Assembly: GCA_964005815.1 (NCBI GenBank)
Contig: CAXFSR010000017.1
Location: 192,001-256,000, forward strand
Direction of reading: 5' to 3'
Origin: an uncultured Nitrospinaceae bacterium
GTDB taxonomy: Bacteria; UBA8248
Length of the DNA: 64,000 bases
Below are positions 41,447-51,663 of this stretch, piece by piece (position 1 is the stretch's first letter; each line of letters begins with the position of its first letter). The translations under genes and the position numbers were made by a program. The notes under the pieces are model-generated. The model was not told the origin of the DNA. It did not search any database and saw nothing but the letters and a program-made list of their open reading frames with translations.

Positions 41447-42121
41447 TTATCCTCTAAGCAAACTGATGGTTTTTGCATAATCATTAGAACCAAAAATAGC
41501 TGTCCCTGCAACTAAAACATCAGCTCCAGATTTTCGAATTTCTTCAGCATTATAAATATTCACTCCTCCATCAACCTCTAAAAGAACATTTAGGTTTTCT
41601 TCTTCAATATAAGAATGAATCTGCTTTATTTTCTCTAACGAAGATGGAATAAAAGACTGACCACCAAAACCGGGATTTACACTCATTAAAAGGACTATAT
41701 CAACTTGATCCAAAATAGAATTTATTGCGCTAAATGGAGTTTCAGGATTTAAACTTATTCCTACTAAGACATCCTTAGATTTAATCATCTTAACCGTTTC
41801 TTGAAAATCTGAAATTGCTTCTATGTGAAAGGTAATAATATCGGCACCAGCATCAATGAACTCTTTAATCATCATTTCTGGATGAGAAATCATCAAATGA
41901 ACATCTAAAACTATATTTGGACAGCATTTTCTTGTAGTATGCACAAACTGAGGTCCAAATGAAATATTTGGCACAAAATGCCCATCCATAATATCCAAGT
42001 GTAACCAGTCAGCACCGGATTTCTCAACCAATAGAAGTTCATCTTTAAGATTTTCAAAATTGCTTGCTAGTACTGAAGGTGCAATTTTTATTTTACCACG
42101 CGTTAAATCTAGACTTGGCAT
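41447..42121 (-). CDS. rpe: Ribulose-phosphate 3-epimerase
   Basis: HLDIMDGHFVPN, DVHLM, MSVNPGFGGQ, VDGG. Confidence 0.97.
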   Translation of the reverse strand: MPSLDLTRGKIKIAPSVLASNFENLKDELLLVEKSGADWLHLDIMDGHFVPNISFGPQFVHTTRKCCPNIVLDVHLMISHPEMMIKEFIDAGADIITFHIEAISDFQETVKMIKSKDVLVGISLNPETPFSAINSILDQVDIVLLMSVNPGFGGQSFIPSSLEKIKQIHSYIEEENLNVLLEVDGGVNIYNAEEIRKSGADVLVAGTAIFGSNDYAKTISLLRG

Positions 42122-42131
42122 TTTTCCCCTG

Positions 42132-43097
42132 TCAATGATCTTGTTCTTCAACAAGTTCGTTATCTAAAAAGATTTTCACTCTATTATACCCCGTAGAGGG
42201 AATCAAGGTATGAATTTTCTCTCCCGCTCTTACTTTTTTTGAAAAAATTTCCTTTTCTTGACCTTTCTCTAATAGAACAATTCGAATTCTACGTTCAAAC
42301 GAACCTGATGGCACCGTATATCTTAAAACACTAAAATTACCTGCAATCTGGTCCAAACCTCTAGCTACTTTAACATGTACGCTATGACCTGCCAGAACTT
42401 TTTTCCCAGACAGAGGCACCTGAGAAATGATATAGCCTCTAGGAATACCTTGAGTATCTACATATTTCACTCTCCCAACTGTTAAACCTAACTTACGTAC
42501 GATATCTAATCCAGAATTTACTGAAGTCCCAACTATTCTTGGCATGGAGTAAGCTCTTTCTCTTGAACCTTGACTTACAATCAAAACAACACCCTCTCCT
42601 CTTCTTACCTTAGTCTTAGGACTTGGCCATATTCCCATAACCTGAGAAAAAGAGACATCAGAATTATAAACTCTTCCTAAATACTTAACTCGTAATCCGT
42701 TCAAACGAACTAAAGTTTCTGCCCTGTTAACATTTTCACCAACAACCTTTGGAACTTCAACATCACGAGAACCAAGACTGATAATTAGACCTACATTTCT
42801 GCCCTTTCTTATTCTCCTTCCACCAGTAGGTATTTGTTCAATGACATGATTCCTAGGAATAGAATCACTGAAGGAGTGTTTCTTTACTGTCACTGGAATA
42901 TCAAGACTACCATACTTCTCCAACACTCTACCTACATCCATACCAACTACATTTGGGAGATAAACCGAACCTCCAGTTCTAAAAAGATAAAGCCCAAAAA
43001 TACCTCCTACGACAATTGTAAACATTATCAAAACAAAACATATGAAATACTTTAAAACCGTCTTAATCTCAATTGTCATCATTTTCTTCTTTTCCAC
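42132..43097 (-). CDS. PASTA domain-containing membrane protein
   Basis: N-terminal TM helix and three PASTA-like repeats (LPNVVG, VPKVVG, MPRIVG); sits between rsmB and rpe. Confidence 0.85.
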   Translation of the reverse strand: MEKKKMMTIEIKTVLKYFICFVLIMFTIVVGGIFGLYLFRTGGSVYLPNVVGMDVGRVLEKYGSLDIPVTVKKHSFSDSIPRNHVIEQIPTGGRRIRKGRNVGLIISLGSRDVEVPKVVGENVNRAETLVRLNGLRVKYLGRVYNSDVSFSQVMGIWPSPKTKVRRGEGVVLIVSQGSRERAYSMPRIVGTSVNSGLDIVRKLGLTVGRVKYVDTQGIPRGYIISQVPLSGKKVLAGHSVHVKVARGLDQIAGNFSVLRYTVPSGSFERRIRIVLLEKGQEKEIFSKKVRAGEKIHTLIPSTGYNRVKIFLDNELVEEQDH

Positions 43098-44440
43098 CTC
43101 ATAGCATAAAAACCATCTATATTTCCATCCTCTGGTTTTATCTGCAAAGAACCATCTGTTTGAATAAATTGCATTGCACTATCAGGAAAATTTGATTTAT
43201 CTACATTTACAAAAAATTCTTTAGATGTAAATGCAGATGTTACTAAATCCGTTTCTTCTGGTTCGTTACTGCAAACAGAATACACTAAAACGCCACCTGG
43301 TCTAACAGATTTAGAAACTGCATCAAGAAGATGTTTTTGTCGTTTGGAAAAATCTTTTAATTTATTTCTTTCCAAACGCCATCTTGCATCAGGATGTCGT
43401 CTTAGCACGCCTAAAGAAGAACAAGGAGCATCTAATAAAACTAGATCAAAAACATCATTGAAAATTTCATCCAGCACATCTGCTATCAAAATATTGACTT
43501 TAGCATTCATTCTAAAGCAATTAATCTTTAATCTATCAATTCTACTAACAGAAAAATCAGAAGCCAAAACGTTCCCATTTTCTCCTAATGAAAGATAAAG
43601 ACCTACTGTCTTACCTCCAGGGGCAGCACAACTATCCCAAATGAGATTGCCAGATTTTGGATTTGCATAACGCGTAACCAAGCTTGAAGCCTCATCTAGT
43701 ATCCAAAAAGCTCCTTCCCTAAACAAATCGTTATCCGTTAGAGAGTTATTTCTTACATTTGGAGAAGTAGCTAAATGCAAACAATCAGGATCAAACAATC
43801 CTGGGGTAAGATTGTAACCCATGCTTACTAATCTATCCGACAAATCTTCTACGCTTCCCCATTTTAGATTCACTCTCAAAACAACATTAGGAATCTGATT
43901 ATTACTTTGGCAACGATTTTTAGCCAGTTCAGGACCTAATTCTTTTGTCCATTTTCTTGTTAACCATTTTGGATGTGATTCCCAAATTGATAAATCTTTA
44001 ATTATTTCTTCTGATGGAAAAGGTTTAGAGTTTGATATTTTTCTTAAAACAGCATTCACTAAACCTTTTGCCCAGATGTCTTTTGTATTTTTCAGTAAAT
44101 CTACTGAAGTATTTATTGCACTATAATTTGGAATTCTATCCAGAAAAATTAACTGATACACTCCTATTCGAAGAGCCTGTTTAATTTGATGGCTTAATCT
44201 ATCAATTGGTTTATTTAAAAAAATCTCATATGTCCAATCTAAACGATTTCTCCAACGTAAAACTCCATAAATAATCTCACGCAAAAGTGTTTTATCTCTA
44301 TTATCAAGATCATGTGGACAGAATTTTTTGAAAAGGTCAGTTGTATGTTGCGGATTGTTTTCAAAATAATTTAATGCTTTAAATGCTATTTCTCTAATAT
44401 CTACACTTTCCTTATTTTTTTTAATTTTAGACAAAATCAT
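43079..44440 (-). CDS. rsmB: 16S rRNA m5C967 methyltransferase
   Basis: NusB-like N-terminus, CAAPGGKT, DAPCS, YSVCS. Confidence 0.93.
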   Translation of the reverse strand: MILSKIKKNKESVDIREIAFKALNYFENNPQHTTDLFKKFCPHDLDNRDKTLLREIIYGVLRWRNRLDWTYEIFLNKPIDRLSHQIKQALRIGVYQLIFLDRIPNYSAINTSVDLLKNTKDIWAKGLVNAVLRKISNSKPFPSEEIIKDLSIWESHPKWLTRKWTKELGPELAKNRCQSNNQIPNVVLRVNLKWGSVEDLSDRLVSMGYNLTPGLFDPDCLHLATSPNVRNNSLTDNDLFREGAFWILDEASSLVTRYANPKSGNLIWDSCAAPGGKTVGLYLSLGENGNVLASDFSVSRIDRLKINCFRMNAKVNILIADVLDEIFNDVFDLVLLDAPCSSLGVLRRHPDARWRLERNKLKDFSKRQKHLLDAVSKSVRPGGVLVYSVCSNEPEETDLVTSAFTSKEFFVNVDKSNFPDSAMQFIQTDGSLQIKPEDGNIDGFYAMRWKRRK

Positions 44441-44459
44441 CTTCTTAATTTTAAAATAC

Positions 44460-45413
44460 CTAGATATTTACAAATATACTTCCATTTACTATTGGAAATC
44501 CTTTCAAAAAATCTTCCGCATCTAGAACCTTCTTTCCTGATAATTGTACTTTTAATAACAACAAATCACCTTTTCCTGTTCTTACTCTTAAACCAACTCC
44601 TAATTTACATTTCGCTAGGCCTAAAAATGTTCCGGGTCTCGCAAGAACTTTACTTTCAGATTCAATAACAAATGCATCCCAGATTCTTACTCTATACTTA
44701 CCTTCTGACAAATAACTTTCTGCTACTGGCCAAGATTTAAAAGCTCTAATTTTACGTTCAATATCTACAGCACTCTTTTGCCAATCTATCTTTGCTTCAT
44801 CTTTATGTATTTTTTCTGCAAAAGTTACTTTCGATTCATCTTGTTCTTTCTCTTTCAACTCAATACTAGATATCTTTTCTATAGTATCTTTTAACAGAAT
44901 AGCTCCAATAGTTGACATTCTCTCATATAAAGAATCAGCAGTTTCTCTTTCATGAATAGAAATTTTCTTTTCTGCTAAAATTGGACCTGCATCCATCTCT
45001 GGAATTAATCGTATAATAGATACACCCGTTTCTTTGTCCCCATGGAGAATAGCTCGTTGTATTGGTGCAGCTCCTCTCCAACGTGGCAACAATGATCCAT
45101 GGAGATTTATAGTTCCTTTTTTGGGGATCCCAAGGAACTTCTTACTCAATATCTGTCCATATGCTACTACTACACAAAGATCGGGCTCTAAATCTGATAT
45201 GTCCTTTGAAGTGATTCTTTCTGGTTGTTTTACTTCTAGTCCCAGACAATTGGATGTTTCCTTGACTGGAGAAATATGTAGTTTCCTACCTCTACCCGAT
45301 TTTCTGTCAGGTTGACAAAACACCCTTACTAGTTCTCCAGAAGATTTTTGCAATGCCTCCAATGATGGAACTGCAAAATCGGGAGTTCCAAGAAAAACTA
45401 TTCTCATAATCAT
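44460..45413 (-). CDS. fmt: Methionyl-tRNA formyltransferase
   Basis: GTPDFA, VVAYG, NLHGSLLPRWRGAAPI, MDAGP. Confidence 0.96.
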   Translation of the reverse strand: MIMRIVFLGTPDFAVPSLEALQKSSGELVRVFCQPDRKSGRGRKLHISPVKETSNCLGLEVKQPERITSKDISDLEPDLCVVVAYGQILSKKFLGIPKKGTINLHGSLLPRWRGAAPIQRAILHGDKETGVSIIRLIPEMDAGPILAEKKISIHERETADSLYERMSTIGAILLKDTIEKISSIELKEKEQDESKVTFAEKIHKDEAKIDWQKSAVDIERKIRAFKSWPVAESYLSEGKYRVRIWDAFVIESESKVLARPGTFLGLAKCKLGVGLRVRTGKGDLLLLKVQLSGKKVLDAEDFLKGFPIVNGSIFVNI

Positions 45414-45560
45414 GAATTCCTTTGAGAATTTGGAAAACTACCAAAATCAGTGAAGTGTTTTTCTTCTACGTGAGTTTATTAAAAAATGCAATTCTGAGGA
45501 GTCAAAAGTTACTTATATACGGCAGGGAGAAAAAAAGCTAGCTATACAAAACTTCAAAAA

Positions 45561-45616
45561 TTAAAATCCGTTTGAGTATATAAATTTTTAAGATAAATTG
45601 CTCAAACGGATTTTAA
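45561..45616. terminator. 16-bp inverted repeat downstream of recA (possible terminator)
   Basis: TTAAAATCCGTTTGAG ...24 nt... CTCAAACGGATTTTAA. Confidence 0.55.
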
Positions 45617-45621
45617 CCTTA

Positions 45622-46740
45622 CTATTTAGGTACAGAAGTACTCTTACTCGCTGTATTTTCATTTTTCTCTATTACTGATTCAGTTTCTTCTGTAGAATTA
45701 TTTCTTACAATTCCCATACTCGTCCTGACTCTAGATTCTACTTCCTTTAAAATATCTGCATTCTCCAAGAAATAACTCTTTACGTTTTCTCTACCTTGTC
45801 CAATACGTTCTCCATTAAAAGAATACCATGCACCAGATTTTTCTACGATTTTATTTTCAACTGCTAAATCAAGCACATCTCCCTCTTTCGAGATTCCTTT
45901 TCCAAACATAATATCAAATTCAGCAGTTTTAAATGGCGGAGATAACTTATTCTTTACTACTCTGACTCTGGTCCTATTTCCAACATTATCCTCTCCATTT
46001 TTAATTGTAGCAATTCTTCGCACATCCAATCTAACCGAAGAATAAAACTTGAGAGCATTACCTCCAGTCGTAGTCTCAGGATTCCCAAACATTACTCCTA
46101 TCTTCATTCTAATTTGATTGATAAAGATAAAACATGTTTTACTCCGATGTACTACACCCGTAAGCTTCCTTAGAGCTTGACTCATTAAACGTGCTTGCAA
46201 TCCCACATGATGGTCTCCCATGTCTCCTTCTAGTTCAGCTTTTGGTACAAGAGCAGCTACTGAATCTATTACAACAACATCTAGAGAACCGCTACTAGTC
46301 AAAATTTCAGCTATTTCGAGTGCCTGCTCTCCTGTATCTGGTTGAGAAAGAATCAAACCATCAGTATGTACACCAAGAGCTTTCGCATAAACAGGGTCTA
46401 AGGCATGTTCAGCATCTATAAAAGCAGCAGTACCACCTCGTTCTTGAACTTCCGCAATTATTTGCAACGCTATTGTCGTCTTTCCAGATGACTCTGGACC
46501 ATAAATTTCAACAATTCTACCTCTAGGGACACCACCTGTACCCAACGCAGAATCTAATGAAACGGAACCAGTACTGATAGTAGGAATTCTTTCTAACGCC
46601 GGGCCTTCGCCCAATCGCATGATCGACCCTTTCCCAAATTGTTGGTTAATTTGCGAAAATGCAATATCTAAGGCTTTATTCTGATTTCCATTATTTAACT
46701 CTTTTTTTGAACTGCCATTTTTAGAACTCACGAAACTCAC
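45622..46740 (-). CDS. recA: Recombinase RecA
   Basis: [31 protein letters not shown]. Confidence 0.99.
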   Translation of the reverse strand: MSFVSSKNGSSKKELNNGNQNKALDIAFSQINQQFGKGSIMRLGEGPALERIPTISTGSVSLDSALGTGGVPRGRIVEIYGPESSGKTTIALQIIAEVQERGGTAAFIDAEHALDPVYAKALGVHTDGLILSQPDTGEQALEIAEILTSSGSLDVVVIDSVAALVPKAELEGDMGDHHVGLQARLMSQALRKLTGVVHRSKTCFIFINQIRMKIGVMFGNPETTTGGNALKFYSSVRLDVRRIATIKNGEDNVGNRTRVRVVKNKLSPPFKTAEFDIMFGKGISKEGDVLDLAVENKIVEKSGAWYSFNGERIGQGRENVKSYFLENADILKEVESRVRTSMGIVRNNSTEETESVIEKNENTASKSTSVPK

Positions 46741-46829
46741 TCCTCACAAATAATATTTACGGGCTTTTTAATTATACATTGATCTAAATTTTCATCCAAA
46801 CTAAAAATCATTACAGTAAATATAACATT

Positions 46830-46922
46830 ACTTTCGTATTTTATACGCCATAACTACAACGAAAGTCAAGCAAATATTTAAAAGAAAAAATAATTGACTT
46901 TCGTATTTTTTTCGTATAAAAC
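46830..46922. promoter_or_regulatory. Back-to-back recA/umuD promoters with repeated operator-like motif
   Basis: TTGACT -35 boxes at 46869-46864 (-) and 46894-46899 (+); ACTTTCGT at 46830, 46866 (reverse) and 46897. Confidence 0.55.
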
Positions 46923-46949
46923 AAGTTTTTTATATTCTCAGAGATTATA

Positions 46950-47384
46950 ATGAACATAAATTCATACGGAAAAATATCGTCTTTTAGTATTAAAAAAAAT
47001 GTAATAATTCCTCTCTACGATGATCGTATTTCAGCTGGCTTCCCTTCACCTGCAGAAGATCATTTAGAAAAAAATTTAGATCTAAATGAATACTTGATTA
47101 AGAATCCAAATTCTACCTTTTTCGTACGTGTACAAGGAGAATCAATGCTTGGATCAGGAATAAACTCGGATGACATATTAATTGTTGATCGATCGTTAGA
47201 AGCATCTAACGGAAAAATAATTATCGCTGTCTTATACGGAGAATTAACTGTTAAACGCCTCCGATTTTCAAAAAATGAAATGTGGCTTGATGCAGATAAT
47301 GAAAAATTTGACCCGATTAAAGTTACAGAAGAGATGAACTTTCATATTTGGGGTATAGCAACAAATGTTATTCACAAATTATAA
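46950..47384 (+). CDS. umuD: DNA polymerase V autoproteolytic subunit UmuD (S24)
   Basis: SAGFPSPAED cleavage site, GESM Ser, TVKRL Lys; no HTH. Confidence 0.93.
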   Translation: MNINSYGKISSFSIKKNVIIPLYDDRISAGFPSPAEDHLEKNLDLNEYLIKNPNSTFFVRVQGESMLGSGINSDDILIVDRSLEASNGKIIIAVLYGELTVKRLRFSKNEMWLDADNEKFDPIKVTEEMNFHIWGIATNVIHKL

Positions 47385-47403
47385 AAAAACGACAAATCCC
47401 GAT

Positions 47404-48669
47404 ATGTGGTTTGCACTTGTGGACTGTAACAACTTCTATGCATCTTGCGAGAGAATATTTACTCCGAATCTAGAGCATAAGCCAATTGTTGTACTATCAA
47501 ATAATGATGGCTGTATCATTGCTAGATCGCAAGAATCAAAATCAATTGGGATTAAAATGGGAATCCCTTTATATAAGGCAAAGGAAATTATAGAAAATTT
47601 TAATGTCCATGTATTTTCATCAAATTATACTCTCTATGGTGATATCTCTCAGAGGATAATGAACAGTCTTTTTAAATTTACTCCGCATGTAGAAGTTTAT
47701 TCAATTGACGAGGCATTCTTAGATATATCAAAAGAGGATAAAAATCTGCTCAAATATGGAACTGAAATAAGAACGAAAATTAAACAATGGATTGGGATCC
47801 CAGTTTCAGTAGGTATAGGGAAAACAAAAACTCTTGCAAAATTAGCAAACGAATTTGTCAAAAAGGGGATATCTTCAAACGGAGTGTACGTCATACATAA
47901 CTTAGATAATGAGAAAGTACCCTTAGAAAAAATAGAATTAGAAGATATATGGGGGATCGGAAAAAGGGTAGGTCGAAAAATTAGAAGCATGAACATAAAA
48001 ACTATTTCAGAACTAATGAGTTTAAATCAAGAAAAAATAAGCAGAAAATTTAACATCAATATTCAAAGAACTATATTCGAATTACACGGAATCCAATGCA
48101 TAAATCTTGAAAACGTTCCCAAGAAAAAGAAAAGTATCTGTGTATCAAGATCCTTTAAGAAACAAATTTCATGTATAAAGAAAATAGAAGAAGCACTAAC
48201 AAATTACATAACAACTGCGGCAGAAAAATTAAGAAAGAACCGTTTATTAGCTACAACAATGATAGTTTTCCTACACACAAATCCCTTTAGAAGATCAGTT
48301 ACTCAACACCACGAAAGTATAACTTATCATTTTTCTAATCCATCAAATGATACGAGATTCTTTATTCGAACATCTTTTTCAATACTCAAAAAGATGTTCA
48401 AAGACAAAATCCTATATCACAAGGCAGGTATAATATTACAAGATTTAATTCCGGAGGATGAATATCAACAAGAATTATTTCCTGAAGAAGAACGAGATAA
48501 GTCAACAAAATTAATGAGCGCAATTGACGAATTAAATCATAAGATGGGAAGAGGAACACTAATATATGCAAGCGAAGGCATAAAAAAAAATTGGGTAAGT
48601 AAATCGTTCAAGAAATCTAATGCTTATACAACCCAATGGGATCAGATTCCGATTGTAAAAGCTTATTAG
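47404..48669 (+). CDS. umuC: Y-family DNA polymerase UmuC
   Basis: ALVDCNNFYASCE, SNNDGC, FSSNY, YSIDEAF, C-terminal YTTQW. Confidence 0.95.
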   Translation: MWFALVDCNNFYASCERIFTPNLEHKPIVVLSNNDGCIIARSQESKSIGIKMGIPLYKAKEIIENFNVHVFSSNYTLYGDISQRIMNSLFKFTPHVEVYSIDEAFLDISKEDKNLLKYGTEIRTKIKQWIGIPVSVGIGKTKTLAKLANEFVKKGISSNGVYVIHNLDNEKVPLEKIELEDIWGIGKRVGRKIRSMNIKTISELMSLNQEKISRKFNINIQRTIFELHGIQCINLENVPKKKKSICVSRSFKKQISCIKKIEEALTNYITTAAEKLRKNRLLATTMIVFLHTNPFRRSVTQHHESITYHFSNPSNDTRFFIRTSFSILKKMFKDKILYHKAGIILQDLIPEDEYQQELFPEEERDKSTKLMSAIDELNHKMGRGTLIYASEGIKKNWVSKSFKKSNAYTTQWDQIPIVKAY

Positions 48670-48685
48670 AAAACTGTTTTACTTT

Positions 48686-49162
48686 TTAACTTAAAAATTC
48701 AAGAAGCATCTTTAATGCGGCCTGAACTGTTTTACTTTTAACCTCAGAACGATTACCTGTAAATTCATGAAGACAACAAGAAGTAGATGAGGACGAGCAA
48801 ACGGCCATAAAAACTGTTCCTATAGGTTTATCAATAGACCCGCCTGTAGGACCAGCGATACCAGTAACTGACAATGCAACTTCAACTCCGGAAGTAGAAA
48901 GAGCTCCTTCTGCCATCAGTCGAGCGCAGGATTCACTCACCGCACCATGCTCCCTTAAAACTTCTTCTGGAACTCCTAACATTTCTACTTTTGCTTCATT
49001 ACTATAAGTGACATAACTTCTATCAAAATATGCAGAGCTTCCTGGAACATCTGTAATCGTACTAGCTATCAAACCCGCTGTACAACTTTCCGCTGTAACG
49101 AGCCTCCACCCACGAGAAATCAAAATAGAAGCTACTTTGACTTCAAATCTTTCTGTCATCAC
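48686..49162 (-). CDS. CinA C-terminal/PncC NMN amidohydrolase
   Basis: AESCTAG, PGSSAYF, GAVS, TGIAGP. Confidence 0.92.
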   Translation of the reverse strand: MMTERFEVKVASILISRGWRLVTAESCTAGLIASTITDVPGSSAYFDRSYVTYSNEAKVEMLGVPEEVLREHGAVSESCARLMAEGALSTSGVEVALSVTGIAGPTGGSIDKPIGTVFMAVCSSSSTSCCLHEFTGNRSEVKSKTVQAALKMLLEFLS

Positions 49163-49179
49163 ATTCTCCTACCAAAGGA

Positions 49180-49668
49180 CTAAAATAAAATTAAAGACCT
49201 CAAAAAAAACAGCGCAAAAAAACCAATCAAACCTGCAAACAAGTCATCTAAAAAAATACCCCATCCCCGAGGAAAAGTCTCAAGATATTTTATAGGAGGA
49301 GGTTTTAAAATATCTAAAAACCTAAAAATCAAAAAACCAAAAACTAAACTTTGAATAGTTATACCAGAACCTAACAAACATAAAATCTGCCCACAAAACT
49401 CATCTATCACAATCTCTTGAGGATCTGATACTCCTCTCTTGTTTTCATAAATACCAGAGAAATAAATTCCGAAAGGAATTGCTATCAATAAAATAAATAC
49501 AGACCCATACTGAATGTATTGCTCTATTACGACATAACATAAAATGCCAGCTAGAGAACCAATCGTCCCTGGGGAAAAAGGAATAAAACCAATACCAAAA
49601 ACCGTACAAAAAACAGTTTGAGAAAATCCTATTCTAGAATCAAGAGAAAAGCGATTTTTGGCTTTCAT
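49180..49668 (-). CDS. pgpA: Phosphatidylglycerophosphatase A
   Basis: PGTIGSL, DPQEIVIDE, FRFLDILKP, LDDLFAG. Confidence 0.93.
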   Translation of the reverse strand: MKAKNRFSLDSRIGFSQTVFCTVFGIGFIPFSPGTIGSLAGILCYVVIEQYIQYGSVFILLIAIPFGIYFSGIYENKRGVSDPQEIVIDEFCGQILCLLGSGITIQSLVFGFLIFRFLDILKPPPIKYLETFPRGWGIFLDDLFAGLIGFFALFFLRSLILF

Positions 49669-49685
49669 AAACTTTATCCATAGAT

Positions 49686-50849
49686 TTAAAAATTCTTTTT
49701 CTTTATAAATTTATCTGCCAATTCACTTGCCCAACGATCGGCCTGCAACACATCATCAATATCGTGAACGTCTAATACTTCATGTTTATCTAAAACACGA
49801 ATAATAACATTGGAAATATCTAAAAAATTAATTTCTCCTCTGATAAAAGCGTCAACTGCAACCTGATTCGAAGCATTTAGAACTGCAGGTGCAGTTCCGC
49901 CGACTTTCATTGCCTCTTTAGCATACTTAAGACAAGGAAAGAGATCTTCTTTAGGATTCTCAAAGGTTAATTTTCCTAAATCAGCAAGATTAAGTGATTT
50001 AATATTATTTCTAACTCTTTCTGATGGACTTATTGCTTGTGCAATTGAAAAACGCATGTCTGGTACGCTCATCTGTGCGATAACACTACCATCTACAAAT
50101 TCAACTAAAGCATGCACAATACTTTGAGGATGAATAATCACATCTATGAAAGAAGGTTCTAAGCCGAAGAGCCACCTAGCTTCTATGAGTTCGAAACCTT
50201 TATTCATTAAAGTAGCAGAATCGACACTGATTTTTGCCCCCATATCCCAGTTAGGGTGAGAAAGAGCTTGTTTAAGTGTTACATTCTCAAGGGAAATTTT
50301 ATCGAATTCTCTAAATGGCCCACCAGACGCAGTTAAAATGATTTTTTGAACTTCCCTGATTTCATGCCCAGCAAGAATTTGTGCAATACCTGCATGCTCA
50401 CTATCTACAGGCAATAAAGGAACATCGAGTGATTCAGAAAGAGTCATAACCAAATCCCCGGCCATCACAAGTACTTCCTTATTCGCTATTGCAATCGCTG
50501 TCCCCGACTTAATCGCATCAATCGTTGGAATAAGACCAATTGATCCGACAAGCGCAGACAGAACAACATCTACGTCCGGATTTTTTGCAATCTCACGAAG
50601 ACCTTCATCTCCACACAAAATTCTGACATTTGAGGGAACAACAGATTTTAAATGAGGAACATCCTTTCGATCAGAAATTGAAATAAAAGATGGGGAAAAT
50701 TCAATAGCTTGTTTTGCTAACTCTTTCCAGTTTTTTCCGGCTGCAAGTGCTATAATTTGAAACTTATCTTTATTTTCTCGAATAACACGAATCGCATTCT
50801 TCCCTATACTTCCAGTAGAACCAAGTATAGAAATTCTTTTACGACTCAT
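49686..50849 (-). CDS. dxr: 1-deoxy-D-xylulose-5-phosphate reductoisomerase
   Basis: LGSTGSIG, ANKE, PVDSEH, TASGGPF, HPNWDMGAKIS. Confidence 0.98.
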   Translation of the reverse strand: MSRKRISILGSTGSIGKNAIRVIRENKDKFQIIALAAGKNWKELAKQAIEFSPSFISISDRKDVPHLKSVVPSNVRILCGDEGLREIAKNPDVDVVLSALVGSIGLIPTIDAIKSGTAIAIANKEVLVMAGDLVMTLSESLDVPLLPVDSEHAGIAQILAGHEIREVQKIILTASGGPFREFDKISLENVTLKQALSHPNWDMGAKISVDSATLMNKGFELIEARWLFGLEPSFIDVIIHPQSIVHALVEFVDGSVIAQMSVPDMRFSIAQAISPSERVRNNIKSLNLADLGKLTFENPKEDLFPCLKYAKEAMKVGGTAPAVLNASNQVAVDAFIRGEINFLDISNVIIRVLDKHEVLDVHDIDDVLQADRWASELADKFIKKKNF

Positions 50850-50873
50850 AATATTTTCCTTATAAATTATTAA

Positions 50874-51659
50874 TCATAATATTTTCAAGAAAATGTAAAG
50901 AATTGGAACAGCGAAAAGAAAGCTATCGAGCCTATCAAAAAAACCACCGTGTCCTGGAATAAGATTAGAGGAATCTTTCACTTTAACATTTCTCTTAAAT
51001 GCAGATTCACACAAATCTCCAAACTGTCCAAAGATAGAAAGAATAAGAGAAATAAAAAAAATATAAGTTAAATCAAATCTATATAAAGGTAAAAATTTAA
51101 AAAGTAAAATTCCTGATATGACTCCCCCTATTAATCCTGCTATTGAACCTTCAACAGTCTTATTCGGACTAATACTAGGCAACAGTTTAGTCTTCCCAAT
51201 ATTTTTTCCAACCAAATATGCGAAAATATCATTGCTCCAAGTAATAATTAAAAGAGAAATAATTAACAATCTTCCAAATTCCATTTTTTCAATAAAAATA
51301 ATTACAATACCTGGCAGAGCTATCCAAACCACACCAAGCAAAACTCCACCTAATGACAGAAATCCTGAAACTATAGAATCAGAAAAGAATAATTTAAAAA
51401 AGGTTTGTAAAGATAAATAAATCAAGAGTAGATACCAGGAGTAACTAGTATAACAAAAGAAAAAGATAAGCAGGGTTACATCTAAGGTTATATCCCATGA
51501 AAAAATATTAGGAAATATTTTTTTAGAGAGTTTATTGTATTCATAAGATATTATTGAACACATAAAGAACACAAACAGAGCAAAAAACCAACTGGGAGAA
51601 AGAAGAACAATAGGAATAGTAAAAGAAATTAAGAGAAGAGCACTTACAGTACGCACCAA
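50874..51659 (-). CDS. cdsA: Phosphatidate cytidylyltransferase
   Basis: SPNKTVEG, GDLCESAFKR, KDSS..IPGHGG..DRLDS. Confidence 0.95.
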   Translation of the reverse strand: MVRTVSALLLISFTIPIVLLSPSWFFALFVFFMCSIISYEYNKLSKKIFPNIFSWDITLDVTLLIFFFCYTSYSWYLLLIYLSLQTFFKLFFSDSIVSGFLSLGGVLLGVVWIALPGIVIIFIEKMEFGRLLIISLLIITWSNDIFAYLVGKNIGKTKLLPSISPNKTVEGSIAGLIGGVISGILLFKFLPLYRFDLTYIFFISLILSIFGQFGDLCESAFKRNVKVKDSSNLIPGHGGFFDRLDSFLFAVPILYIFLKIL

Positions 51660-51663
51660 AACG

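Noticed and set aside
45414..45560. Intergenic stretch between fmt and recA as a possible small gene or def/recX remnant
   Set aside because: Only short frames, and no recognisable similarity in those I read.
20266..45616. 13-mer AAACGGATTTTAA shared by the iscA (20266-20278) and recA (45604-45616) hairpins, as a possible REP or uptake sequence
   Set aside because: Only two loci seen; AT-rich 13-mer matches are expected by chance in 64 kb.
46950..47384. S24 protein as LexA
   Set aside because: No N-terminal HTH and it directly precedes umuC, so it is UmuD.
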